From Azolla caroliniana (lineage: Eukaryota; Plantae; Polypodiophyta), in contig JBHGNT010000001.1 of the NCBI GenBank assembly GCA_043228905.1, forward strand, positions 30,008,001 through 30,072,000: DNA of 64,000 nt. The letters run 5' to 3'. Numbering within the stretch: the stretch's first letter is position 1; each line of letters opens with the position of its first letter. Shown here one piece after another: positions 1 to 13,162 of this stretch. The notes beneath the pieces were generated by a model. The model was not told the origin of the DNA, ran no database searches, and worked only from the letters and a program-made list of their open reading frames with translations. A program made the translations under genes and the position numbers.

Positions 1-1842
1 CCCCATAATTTCCAATAAGCCTAGGTATTATACACAGTATATGATATGGAACGAAAAATGATACCAGATGATTTTGAAAAAATATTGATGAAAATGAAAA
101 CAATACAGTAGAAAATTCTAGCCTGAATAGTTGCTAATCTATCTATACACAATGATATGGATAATCATCAAATGACATGCCTGGAAAAACTGATATGAAA
201 AAATCCCACATTGTATTAATGAGAAATAATTGTATTTAAGAGCATTATAAGAAAACATATTTTATTGAGCCTTAGCTTTTAAACACGTTGTTCCTTCTCT
301 GAAATGAGATGTCTTAACTAGCTGTCAAATCATATCAGGAACCTGCAAAAGATAGTAAATACCATAAATCAATATTCAACAACAAGATAATTACTGAAGA
401 AGAATTCACAGTATCAAGAAATGAAATGACTTAAGAATCATGACATATACTTTTCATGTCAATATTTACAAATCATTATGTAAAACAATTGAGCACAAAT
501 GTATTTGCAAGAAGCTTTTGTTTGATGAAACAAATGCAAAACCAGATGATAGTAATGATCTAGTAATGGAGGCCAAATTTATCTCTGTAGGACTACGTAA
601 TGTTGGGATATATGCAAATGATTATGTGCTCTTACAAATCATTTAAGTATGCTGAAAAGATAGGCAAATCACAACATAGTTTGATGGAGTAATGAAAGAA
701 AAGTTACTGTAGAAATGAATATACGTTTCTGGTTGGATTGAACATTGTGACTTTGAAATGACATCAGTCGAATGGTTTACGACAAATAATTACACTTCCG
801 AAATTATCATAACAGATGTATTCCCTCAGATATAAAAGCAGGCTTATAATATAAAGCTTGCAGAGTTTTCCATTGGATCATGAACCATGAAAAAGCTTAT
901 CTTTTTCTAATTTTAGATCTAGGTTTTGCTCTAGGAATTCACCTTTGATGTTTCAACTGAAGAGTAGTCAAGATGAAATGAAGACTGCCGATATATGTTC
1001 AACTAAGAAGAGAGTCACAATAAAAATTTGACTCAAAGCTTGGGCCATGGACATAATCAGTAAGAATAACTTTGATTTACGATATTTGATTTAAATGCAT
1101 ATTAGAACACTGAATGCTCATCTATTGATAGTATTCACAAATCCGTGGGTTTACTTCCTTGTATCATTCATTTAGATCCTACCTTCAAATCTGGCTACTG
1201 AAACCATTAGTCATAATCAAACTTTGGTTACTTATAAAGCTTTGCAAATACAATTACTGTATTATATTGAATATTTTGGTTCCTATTAAGATTAGATTTC
1301 GAATGTTCCCAAAAAAGGCTATTTGGTTGAAATTTAGAAACTGTGTATTCCACATATTTCGATATCAACTTGTTTTAACTACAACAAGAAACGAATAGCC
1401 GTATAAAAGGAACCCTTACATGATAAGAAGACAAGAGGAAAGTTTTCTAATTTACAAAGACATTTTGTTTCAAGGATTGTGGCAACATTCTATTGCTCCT
1501 ATTTTATCTCTATTTCTTATGTTCCTCTAATTACAAAAATACTGTGAAGTTATCGAATTTCTCCACTTATTGGAGAGAGATTTTGTCAACAACAGCAACA
1601 GTAGCAAACTTATCATCATCTTCCACAACATGAAGATGAAGGTAAAAACCGCAGTTTTCGTTTGAGAGCACACACTACAGGAAAAAGGAACGAAATCACA
1701 AGAAGAAGGAGAAGAAAACAGTAAAAAAGAGTACGCATAAGGGAAGGAAATCCCAGTCAAAGGTAAAGGATGGGAAGAGAAGGCTTACATGATCAGATAG
1801 ACGAACGGAAAGATGAAGAAAGATCTTCTGTCTACTGTGCTT

Positions 1843-2094
1843 TCAAGGCATCTTGTCATAAGGATCATGGCGGCCGGTAACATTGCTCATCTTGAGGTCG
1901 AGGAGATACTTGTAGTTGTATTTGTCAGTGGTCCAGTAGCCATAGGGTTTGACAGGATGAGCCCATCCTTCCTTCACCTTCTCGCACTGTGCTTTCGTGG
2001 AGGCCACGTGGTCTCTGATCTTCTGGTCGCGTTCGTCGGGGTCCTCCATGCTCTGGCGGATCACGTGACCGAAGAACTCCCTGATGAATCCCAT
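1843..2094 (-). CDS. Mitochondrial complex I plant-specific subunit P1 (11 kDa, At1g67350-like), 83 aa, single coding exon
   Basis: From the ATG at 2094: MGFIREFFGHVIRQSMEDPDERD...WAHPVKPYGYWT...VTGRHDPYD. This matches the remembered P1 pattern MGFxxEF...MEDPxERD...PYGFWTF...GRRDPYD. The upstream part of the track ORF is AG-microsatellite leader. Confidence 0.85.
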   Translation of the reverse strand: MGFIREFFGHVIRQSMEDPDERDQKIRDHVASTKAQCEKVKEGWAHPVKPYGYWTTDKYNYKYLLDLKMSNVTGRHDPYDKMP

Positions 2095-3047
2095 CGCTAT
2101 CGATCGCCTCTCTCTCTCTCTCTCTGCGCCTCCTTCTCTTTCACTGTCTCTGTCTGTCTGTCGATCTTCTCTTCCAAGTTCCGTGTACATACATGGTTTC
2201 TCTGTTTGTCTCCATTTCACACAGCCATGGCATGGCTTTCACACTTTCTACCTTCCTTTGTCCGCCCGGACATCTCACAAACGCTTCTCTCTCATATATA
2301 CTCAGTATTGTACTCTCTATGTATGTATATATGTATGTATATAATGTGTTTAGACATATGTCTGTACATACATATGGTGCCGTCTTCACCGCCTTCATAA
2401 ACTCTTTTTGCCCTAAAATCTATATCATCATCCACTTCGCTCATCTCTTTCTGTCGATCTTCGGTATCATCTATCTCATCCGCTGCGTCGCTCATCACTT
2501 TGTGTCTCTCTTCTGCATCTAAATGCGCGTGTTTGTTGTGTTATGTTTGTTCCACGTGCCCATGGCTTTTGAGATTCTTGTCAACTCTTTTTGTTTCGGA
2601 TGCTTCATTAACCTTTTGCCCATCTCCTTCTATCTCTCTCATACCTATCTTACTAGAAGGTCCACATGTGTTTGTTGCATCGTCTCTGGTTCAAGGTTAT
2701 ACAAGCTTTGGAAAATGAAAATGTTCATACCTAGCTCCTTTTGACCGAACATTTTGTAAACATCTGGCAAACACACTATACCCATAAATGGCCACCTTAA
2801 AAGCCTTGGTTGTTCTTAAATATCCATTCTCAATTTCAATATTACAACTTCGAGTGTGGAAGAGAGTGATTGCTCTCATTGCGAATGTGAGAATATGTGC
2901 TACTTTGGCAAATTTTCTTTCCTTGGTGGAGTGTTCATCTAGTCTATTGGCAATTCAAGGTGTTCCACTACCCATATACTGGTAACCATACTCCATTGTG
3001 GTACCATTGTAGTGTTTTCTGTAGACATTTATAAATATAATTCATGA

Positions 3048-3083
<36 letters not shown>

Positions 3084-3857
3084 ATGTACACCTAGAGTTG
3101 TACAAATTGGTATGGAACCCATGATGTTGGATTATAATAGTTTGTGGTATGATTGTAGAGTTTTTCCCACATTTATTAATATAATTGTGTGTTTTAGTAG
3201 AGATAGAAAGTGACGAATTTAAGAATACAAGCAAGAGAACTCAATGAAAGTCATAGCTTGACTTTGCACAATTCATTCCCTATAAGATAGAGATAACTAG
3301 AGTTGATATCAAATGTTAAAATGAATCTGCAATTGTAAGAAGATTAATAAGGTATATAAAATCAGATGGAGCTGCAAAACAAAAACACTATTGCAAACAC
3401 GACTATATGGTAAAATCATAAAAGGTAAAGTACATTTTCAAAACCCACTAATTAACATCCACTCAGAAGCTTCAAGATTCTACATCATCAATTATAAGAT
3501 CATGTCCTTTGCGAGTGCATTCAAACAACAAGATTCAGTGATTCACAATACCTTGATTGAACTTCCAGAAACTATCAAACCCAATTAATCTATTTAGTAT
3601 TCCATTCCCTCACTACATTGAACAGAAAAATCAAAAGATGTACACTCTTAGGAGTACAATTAGAACTTTGATAGACATAATGATTATTCTATTAGCATGA
3701 CAACTACAAGAACCTCTTTTCAAATCATTAATAACATCGTTCAGGATCCTAAAAGTTTCACTCATTTACATCTAATTTCGAAACTGAGTATCCTTCGTTT
3801 GTAATCTAAGAGCATCTATAACAAAAACTTCAAGACTGAAAATGTAGTCAAAAGCAT

Positions 3858-5556
3858 CTAGTAGCCTCCTTTAAGATCATTCACAACGTCATAAGGAATA
3901 GGCGTCACAGTCTCTAAGGTTGCTCCAGCCACAAGAAATCCAGGTTTCGGACCTTCAGGCCGCCGTTTAGTTGAGATTTTCTCACCCCTTGCTTTGGCTT
4001 CTGCTTTCAGAAGATCATTCCTCTTTACCCTCTCATAAAGGTCCTCTTTGCAACGAGACGGCTGGACATGCTCAATGCGCACATGGATTCTCTTCTTCAC
4101 TATTCTTGTGTTAACCTACAATAATTAAATGATATATGATTGCATAGTTAATACATGTCAAACGTGATATATTGAAACAATTATCCTCTCCAAAGAGGGT
4201 TTGATCATGAGTAAATTGCAAGAAATTATACTACTGACAATCAAGAAATTAGAAGCACCACCTGCCTTGTTGCCTACATTACTACAATCATGTAAAAACA
4301 CAAGAAGGCTGACCATATAAATAGCTATTCAGTGACGACACTATTTAGAATCACAAGGATAAGAAGGATATATAATTGCCTCATGTACATAATAACAGTA
4401 TGACAAAATTCTGTGAATAATTTGGTATCTAAATCTAAACTCGGAATGATATGGCTTTGCCTCATGTATATAAAAAAATACATAACTATGTAATTGATTT
4501 GATTTTCAAATCCAATTAAGACGGGAACACACAATCCAACTAAGAAGAACCTATTAACATCTTGACACAGACGAGAAATAATAAAGTACTAAAAATAACA
4601 AAAAGATGATTTTCCCTTTCTCTATTCCTGCTTGTTTATCTCAAACCAGATGGCATAAAACCATCCATCTAGCAAGCACAATTTTGTGAAAGGAGAAAAA
4701 AACTTGAGCAAAAGAGAATAGTTATTTCTTGGACGACCTTGCTTGTTTGGTCAACTTGGCCTCAAAACAAATAACAATTTAAACCCTTGAAAGTCTTTCT
4801 CGTTGATCATTTCCATGATGATAAACAAAGAACCAATGCAAAAAACTAGATACTTCTTACATGAACTTGCTTGTTTGTTCACTTCATGTGCAGTCGTAAA
4901 TAAACATAATATTTCTTCTTTTTTCTCAATGAGCAAAGAATAGATTTTTCTTCACGCTACGATTGATTCTTCATCCCGAGGCCCAAACAAGAATCACAGA
5001 ACAAAGAAACGACAAAGATTCATTATTTCTACTTTAATCTGTTTGTCCATCTCAAACCTGATGTCAGGAGAGATGATCACGAAATGAAATGGAGATAAAA
5101 AGAAGTTACTTTTCCTAAATCTATCTGTTCATTTCGCCAGAAATTACAAAGAAACAGAAAGGAACATGGTTCATATATCGAGCATGCAGAAAATTCACTG
5201 GCGCAGAAAAAAAACTTGAGGAACAGAGACAACATACGAGGAAAATAATAATAAGAGAATCAATGAAATGCGGAGGGGTAGAGGTCACTTTTTTCGCTTC
5301 TGTGTTCTTCATCGTTTACCTGCTTGTTCATCTCCACGCCGATGGCACGTTTGGTGACGTTCCAGACAACACCTGTGCGGCCATGGTAGAACTTATGGGG
5401 CATGCCTTTGTGGACAGCGCCATTGACCTTGATGTCTACATGGTCACCAATACGATACGTCCTCAGGTAGGTCGTCAGGGGGATGTATCCCTTCCTTCTG
5501 AAAGGGCGAGCGAAGAGGTCGCGTGTTCTTGATCTCTGGCCATGGCCAGCAGGCAT
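3858..5556 (-). CDS. RPL21: 60S ribosomal protein L21 (eL21), 164 aa; exons 5556-5320 and 4115-3858
   Basis: [15 protein letters not shown]...[13 protein letters not shown]...NKQ|[17 protein letters not shown]...[14 protein letters not shown]; phase-0 GT-AG intron 4116-5319. Confidence 0.97.
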
Positions 5557-5604
5557 TTTCTCTCTTCCCTAATCCTGTACTCCTGTATTCTATTCTTCCG
5601 TTAG

Positions 5605-5678
5605 AAACCCTAATCCTTGTGTTGCCCGGTGATGAAGAGAAAAACCGATACACAGGAAGGGTTTTACGGAAACCCTAA
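5605..5678. promoter_or_regulatory. Two telo-boxes (AAACCCTAA) upstream of RPL21
   Basis: AAACCCTAA at 5605-5613 and 5670-5678. The telo-box is an established cis-element of plant translation-machinery genes. Confidence 0.7.
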
Positions 5679-6237
5679 TCCTTGCTTTCGCACATTCTCA
5701 AAAAGCCTGATCAAGATTTGGATTATTTACAATAATGCCCCTTCTGAATGTTTACAGTAATACCCCTCATAGTTGTGGAGAACAACATGTTCATGCTTAT
5801 CTTCTTGTCTTCTTTTTCAAAAGGGTTTTGCAAAAACCCTGATCCATGATTAACACTAAACCACATTAAAGTGTTGTACACGATACAAACTATCCCTAGA
5901 CTATGAAAACTAATGCAATATGTTGGTGTAGTATTAGTGATTGGTGCTTGTCCCCCGAACCACACTTAAGAAGGGCATTTTTGCTACTTCTTATCTTCTT
6001 CTTCTAACATGATAGGTGAATGCAGGTGAAAAGGAAGGGAGAAGAGGAAAGGGTTGAAGAGCCACACCCCGAGTTGTGAAGCATACACATTACACCTTCA
6101 CTCCATCATGTTTACATTTGAAACAATCAATATTGTAATGGTAATGATCCTAACCTAAGCAATCAAAATTTTGACTATCAATCACAATGGGAAAGTTCCA
6201 CCCAATTACAATTCAACATTGTAGCATGTCTCTTGCC

Positions 6238-6420
6238 TTCTTGATCTAATATGAAATTGCATTGTGGCGTCTATGATGACATTGCATAGTCAACTAACAT
6301 ACTAGATAATAAACCTAATGCAACCATCAAGCACTTCTTGATCTATTATGAAATTGCATGTTGGTGTATGATTGACGTTGCATAGACATCTAACCTACTG
6401 GGTAATACAACCATCAACAT
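6238..6420. repeat. Degenerate two-copy tandem duplication (about 96 bp)
   Basis: cttcttgatct(a)a/ttatgaaattgcat...gcatag...caaccatcaa occurs twice. Confidence 0.7.
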
Positions 6421-6735
6421 ATGCACTTTAGTACTTTGTAATTGAGTCCCATTTTTTCCAAGTTAAATGTTGTCTTGTTTCATTGGTTATGTATGATCCA
6501 TTCATTTCCTATTTATTGCATTATTACAATTCGTTAGATTTGATTGCAAGGGTTGAACCATGCAACATTATCCAGATTGCTCATCACTTTAACAATGTCT
6601 TGCAAATGCACTCTACCATCATTTAGATGAGAAGCAATGTGCAAGGTCGCTCATCAACTAAAAAACTTATTGCATCAACATTGAAACTAAAGGTTCCCGC
6701 CAATTACAATGATCATGCAAACCCTTAAATCCGAT

Positions 6736-7081
6736 TGCAAAGCTGATCTTCACAAATTATTGATGAACTTCTAAATTACAATGTGAATATGAAATTTAAA
6801 TTTCTTCTATGGCAAAGAATGTCATTTGACAAGGCAAGATTTTCTGATGCACGTGCAAAGCTGATCTTCACAAATTATTGATGAACTTCTAAATTACAAT
6901 GTGAATATGAAATTTAAATTTCTTCTATGGCAAAGAATGTCATTTGACAAGGCAAGATTTTCTGATGCACGTGCAAAGCTGATCTTCACAAATTATTGAT
7001 GAACTTCTAAATTACAATGTGAATATGAAATTTAAATTTCTTCTATGGCAAAGAATGTCATTTGACAAGGCAAGATTTTCT
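6736..7081. repeat. Perfect tandem repeat, 118-bp unit, about 2.9 copies
   Basis: Unit tgcaaagctgatcttcacaaatt...caagattttctgatgcacg starts at 6736, 6854 and 6972. Confidence 0.95.
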
Positions 7082-7089
7082 AATTGCGT

Positions 7090-7213
7090 GCATCACTGCT
7101 AACCCACACTTGAGGTCACAAACTGGATGTGCTCATTAAGTTTCAATACTGCATCACTGCTATGCTAAGTCACACTTGAGGTCACAAACTGGACGTGCTC
7201 ATTAAGCTTCAAT
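7090..7213. repeat. Two-copy tandem repeat (about 61-65 bp)
   Basis: gcatcactgcta...cacacttgaggtcacaaactgga(t/c)gtgctcattaag occurs twice. Confidence 0.85.
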
Positions 7214-7940
7214 AATTAAAATACATGTTAGAACCAGAACCCCATCTGAACAACAAACCTGATTAAAAATATATATAACTTCCTAATGGACCTACATGCC
7301 ACCCATTGTAGGTTGAGACCTATTTGACACCCGTCAAACATGCCAGGCGAGTCACAAGTAGAAATCATACATAGTATAACCAAAAACAATAGAGTAAAGT
7401 GGCAATCCAAAATCAGTGATACATGAACAAACTAGTACTGGTACATGGAACATTATAATAGATCCCAAAAGCTTGTGTACCAAACATAATACGTAAAATA
7501 ATCCAAATGAAACACATAACCTTAATAAGTAGCATGATCCACACAAAACACACAATGATGCACTAGAATAATTCTCCCATAGTGACAAACGATGTAGAAG
7601 TGTAATTATAATTAATGAACAAAATAATGAATTATCGTTTATGATGACACAAAAGGACAGAACAGCAATGAAAGACCATAATACCTCCTAGTAAGTAACA
7701 CATGACAAATAAATGAGTGTGATCCTCAATAGGTGAGCACGAGAAAAATCTACATAAAATAGCTAACACATAGAATAAACCATTACCATAATAAACATCA
7801 CTCCGTTTACTTTTATAACAAGACATATATCAAAGCACAAGCTGTTCCTTGACCTTGATCTTATGGATATTAATGTTCATTACACTTAAAAAGTCGGAAA
7901 TATGTCTGTTTACACACCATCACAACCTACATATAATATT

Positions 7941-10900
7941 CTAGAAGCCATGGATCTTGATGTGATCTTTCTTAACAACTCCGGCCTGCAAGTTCAAGAG
8001 GTATAAAAACCAAATTAAATACTATCTTTCTTAACAAAAGATTGTGAAAGATGATGAATTGAGTGAAATAACCTGTACAAGGAACTCAGATACATTCTTT
8101 CGTTGATCACCCTGCAGCTGGATCACCTGCATTTTGATATCTCTAAAATTTCTAAGTCTCAACAGAAAAAAGGTCGGAGAATAAACTAAACTAGTGGCAC
8201 ACTCACATACATTAAAACTCAAGTGGACACAGAAAAACTCATGCACATACTTCTCCAAGTATATGAACTATTATTAATCAGATTTTGTTCTTCTGTACAT
8301 CCCCTAGCACATGTATTCTCATCAGCCAGATCTTGTTCTTCCAAGAAAACTTCTCATGCTTCCTCTATCAACATATACCAGTAAGAAGATATTTGTTCTA
8401 TTCACCCTAGGACAAGTAACAGCCGTGGCACTGTTTCTGCACTTCTTTCTATGAAATATCATATAAGATCTCATTGGGATGTATTTCCTATGGTCTCATA
8501 GGCAATGATCACAATTGAGCTTGCTTTCCACACACCTAAGCCTTACTGTAGTCACAATGTGGACTTTGTATTGCAATGCTCCAACATCAACAGTGACCAC
8601 CCCAAGTCACAAACACCATGAAGATGTTTATTTCATTTGCGCTGGTCCTATTTGACCTCTAAGAAAGATAGGTATATAATTCTATACTGTAGTATACTTT
8701 GTAGGAGTGAATATTGAGTACAACAATATCAACTGAACTTCATCTGAATGGTCTCTATTCCAGTCATAATGTGGACTCTCAATCACAATACCAAGCATAT
8801 AGAGCCGTTTATCACCTCCCCTAAGTCACCAACTTGAGGATGATTTATTTGCTCGCATTGGTTTCAGTCACACTAGTCACATTTGACCTCTCTACATGCA
8901 TGATGTTCTCTACATACAATTGATACATATATTTGCAGATACTACAAAACTCAGACCTGGCCCAGTTCTGGATCCTCAACTAAGCTCCCATTGCAGCAAA
9001 ACTCTTTCTTGAAGTCCTTGAGAATCTTGTTGTAGTTGAACTCCTTTTTCAAGCCTTGTACTGTGGTCAAACTCTTTCTCCCATTCCTCTGCTGAGTGCG
9101 AATATGCACATAATCTTTTGCACCTGCACTTGAATCTTCACCATTGGATTCAGCAAAGGGATCTGTTTCACAGTAGAAAACAAAATGAGTTAAAATGTTT
9201 CAATGAACCCTGCAAGCACTCTAAAGTATCTAGTAAGCTAGACAAGAGACTTAAGACATCCCCAAATTAAGGACAAGATCGCAATACTTCCTTTAAAGTG
9301 AAATTAGAAACTTACAAGAATCACAGGACCACTAGTGAGAAAAGAAACTTGCAAGTGTTCTGAAGGCCAAGTATAAAAATATTTCATCCCATCTTTCAGT
9401 AATCTATATAACTTGCCACTAATAGGGTGAGAGACGTTCAAGCATACCGAAGTAGAGCAGGGACTCTTAAGACTTTGTTCAAAGAAACCTTTCATTGCAC
9501 AGTACAATTTACCAATAATCAGGTAAGAGATTTAACAGCAACATGAAATAAGGACCAGACTTTATGATTTCCTCAAGAACCATTAACTTATCTGTACCAC
9601 CCATTACTAATCAGACACGATTCTCAAATGCATCTTCAATAGTAGCCAAAACTCTAGGATTTGTTTCAATATTTTCATTATTCTGTATAGGTTGCTGCTA
9701 AGCATGGGACACACATACTTATGAGTTATTAAAATTAAACCTGATATCAAGGATTTCTCAATGTAAGTCAGATCTATTCCAACAAAGAGGAATATGTTAA
9801 GACACTAGGAGTTTCCAAGAGGGAAATATAAAATATCACTCAGATGATACTGTGTGCCTGAAATCCGTCAAGACACAGTTAAAGCAATAAATAGAAATCT
9901 TACTGAATGAAAGCAAAATCTAATATAGGTAAAGAATTATGACAATATAAAGGTGCCAAACTTACCCTCTAAATGTAAATCAATAACTTTCTTTCTCCGA
10001 AATGAAGCACACAATTTCATATATAGCGAAATTAAATAAAAGCAAGAAAATAAAGAAAAGATTTTATTCTGATTTAATGTGAATACGTTATTGAAGTACA
10101 GATCTAATTAGACAAATAGCAAGTAGATAGAAATCTAGAACACAATAAAGGGTTTGTGAACCCACTATATATATATAATTCTATACAATGGAAGCTCCAT
10201 TTCACGCATTGAAATGAAATATACAAAATACAAACGATGCTATATCAAAAATGGAATTATATCACAAAAGCTACAACTCTTCAGGAATTTTGTATTTTCC
10301 TTTCTTCCCATATAATTGTTTCACCATGATCTAGGAAATACAAACTTCCTCGGAGAGGGTTAACACATACAATGATCTGGTGAAATATAAAATAGACTCT
10401 TCATTTCGATACTGGAAAATCACTGTGAAAAAACGATAGTGGGGCAAGAGAAAATACAATCTTTCACTCAAATGAAATAGAATTGATTCAAAATCTACAA
10501 AAATAGAGAACAAAGATGTAAACAATGCCAAACACAAGCTTTCTGCTGAAGAAAATAATAGAAACTTCAACAGATCTCAAGAAATACAGAAACGCATAGT
10601 GTTGACATTGTTGCTTTTTATGGAAGTTCTTTTACTTCCTTTATGCCTCTGGACAGTGTTTTGCATCTTTCTTTTTCTTTGATTTTTTCACCTGGCACTG
10701 AAGGTGATTGCTTTGCTTCAGAGATCTCTCCATCTTGGTGCAGTCCATGTTGGAAAAGTTGTAGTGTATGAAAGTTTGAAATCTTAAGTTCTTAGACATG
10801 TAGATTCTTCAGTACCATCTGTTTAGTTGTATTTACTTTGATTTGTAGTTGTCAAAAAGACAAGAAAACGTTCTAAGATGTAATCTCTTGTTTGGTATTA

Positions 10901-12224
10901 TAGATCACTTTGGCCTCTTAAAAGAATTTAACATTGCTTTCTTTCCTTCTACCCTTTCAATGCAAAGATGGAGAAAAATATGAACGGGAAAAAGAGATGC
11001 AAAGTAATCACCAGAGGCAAAGATAAAGTAAAGAACTACTACAAAAAAGAATCAAATAAACATTACAAAATACGAGCTTCTCTTCTGTGACGAAATACAA
11101 GTTTCCACCCCATGAACTAGATTGTAAGTAGAATATACTACAGAAATATAAACGAAATATAGAACGCCGGTTATATTTCGCTAGAAGAAAATACCAGAGA
11201 GAGGAATCCATTACAAGCAATACATACGATTTTCTAATCTAATGATAATGAAAAAGAGGAAACATTTAGATGAAAAAGAATTAAGGCAAAGGTTAATGCT
11301 ACAAAACAAACAGAAACGTATCCTACCTGTGCAGATGTAAGATAAAATATAAACTTACAATCTACTATATATAAAAAGATATCACATCAACCACTAATCA
11401 ATTGAATATCTTCTCTCGGAGGAAAAAATATAGAGAAAATATGTCTGCAAACATAAATTAGTCCTCTACGATAGAAATATATTACAGAAATACGATTAAC
11501 CTCAAACAATTCACACTCTGAAGACATATGAACTTTCACTCAGATAAATTGACAGTAAAATCTGATTCCTAAAACAGTAACAAAAATAATTATGTAAATT
11601 TACATTAGAAAACACAAGCCATCACACAATCTTGTAAAATAAAAAATCATTGAAGGACATATGTAAGAATAAGGGATCTGACAAAATACAAACTTCACCT
11701 CCCTAGGATAAAAAAGGTTCCACTGGTCTGAAGAAATTAGGAAGCCATTCGATGAGTAAACATAAAATACTACTGCAACAAAATAGAACGAGATAGCAAC
11801 AATGTTTGACACTACAAAATACAAGCTTATCCTAAGAACCAAATCAGAGAACTTCAGTTATCTGATGATAGAAATACAGAAAAACAGTTCAAATTTGCTA
11901 AAAGGGAACTGTAAGCAGAAAAGAAAACACAAGAACCTCACAGAATGAATAAACATGTTACGAGTGTTCACTCCGAGACTGAGACAAAGAAAAAACTACA
12001 AAAAAATACTAAATAGAAGCTTTGTACCAAAAAATATATAGTACAAGCTTATTCGGTCTGAGTAAATATGTAAACTTCCAGTGATCTTATAAACTGATAT
12101 AGAAAATGAAGTTCAGTTTTGAAGCAGAGAAGCAAGTAAATGATGAACATGGAGAAGAGAGAAAGGGAGAGGGATGGAAGCACTCACCGAAGGCACCAGG
12201 AAGTTGCACATCCAAGTCCGACAT
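7941..12224 (-). CDS. SUI1: Translation initiation factor eIF1 (SUI1), 113 aa; coding exons 12224-12188, 9162-8957, 8126-8073, 7985-7941
   Basis: Spliced product MSDLDVQLPGAFDPFA...YVHIRTQQRNGRKSLTTVQG...KEFCCNG...GQVIQLQGDQRKNVSEFLVQAGVVKKDHIKIHGF. All introns are GT-AG and the frame is consistent. Confidence 0.97.
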
Positions 12225-12259
12225 GAGAGATTCAAGATCAACCTCTGCAGATCGAAGAC

Positions 12260-13162
12260 CTGAACAAATTTTGGAGAAAAAATTTAAGAGACAATAAGAG
12301 AAACAACGCAAAAAATTAACAAATTACGTATTGTGAATCAGAAGAAACGTTAAAGAACTGCGATGATTCGCAAAGGAAAACACCAAAAGAAGAGAAATTA
12401 CAAAAACGGTAAAGCAGATCGGCTGCCAGACAAAAAATAGAAATGGCGTACACTCGGAAGAAGAAAACTTGAAAGGATCTTATGGATTCGGAAAAAGACG
12501 ACACATCACAAGGCTGTATCAAAGAGAAGAGGAAAAAACAAGTCCACAAAGCAATGTTCTGGAAATGTCGTACTTCTATAAAGAAGACAATCAATCACAG
12601 GAACGTGTAAAATGAGAAGAAACAGCATCTGCTCATATGAGAGAGGCAAAGGAAACAAAACATTGGAAATGAGCTACCTTCAGACGACCAGTCGGGAACA
12701 GGATCGTTTTCGAATTCACGGGGATAAAAAGAAAGAAACAGTACAGGATCACGTTTATGCAAAAAAAAAACTGACGAAAGTTGAATCCTAGAAATGGCGT
12801 ACCTTCCGAATAGGAAACGATAAAAGGATCATCAGAGAGAAAACACAAAAACCAAAGATTTAGACCTAGAAATGCCGTACCTTCAGAAGGTGCGGCATTA
12901 CGATCGTTTAGAGATAAACCAAAAAAAGCTGGAAAATTTAACCACAGAAATGGCGTATATTCCGATGACCGGTCAGCAAAAGGATTAAACCACAGGTGAC
13001 AGGAAGGAGAAGTAGAGAAGAACAAAAAAAAGGGCCAGTAATGGATCCAGTGCTTGTGTGTGTGTGTGTGTGTGTGTGTTAGAGAGAGACAGATAGAGAG
13101 AGAGAGAGAGAGGAGGAGGAAAAGTACAGAAAAATAAATGAAAACCCTAACGATGGCGTTAC
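12260..13162 (-). other. Probable 5'UTR (leader) intron of eIF1
   Basis: Donor cag|gtaacg at 13163/13162 and acceptor ttgttcag|g at 12260/12259. The sense strand is pyrimidine-rich and there is a telo-box at 13142-13150. Confidence 0.6.
13055..13111. repeat. Compound (TG)n(AG)n microsatellite
   Basis: Directly visible. Confidence 0.9.

Noticed and set aside
1813-2522. Plus-strand ORFs of 195, 86 and 109 aa
   Set aside because: They are antisense to P1 and run through CT/TA microsatellites; no recognisable motifs.
4116-5319. Intronic snoRNA in RPL21
   Set aside because: No sense-strand C box/D box pair at a suitable spacing found by eye.
6736-7081. CRISPR-like or snoRNA cluster
   Set aside because: Head-to-tail identical units with no spacers, eukaryotic context, and no convincing C/D or H/ACA boxes.
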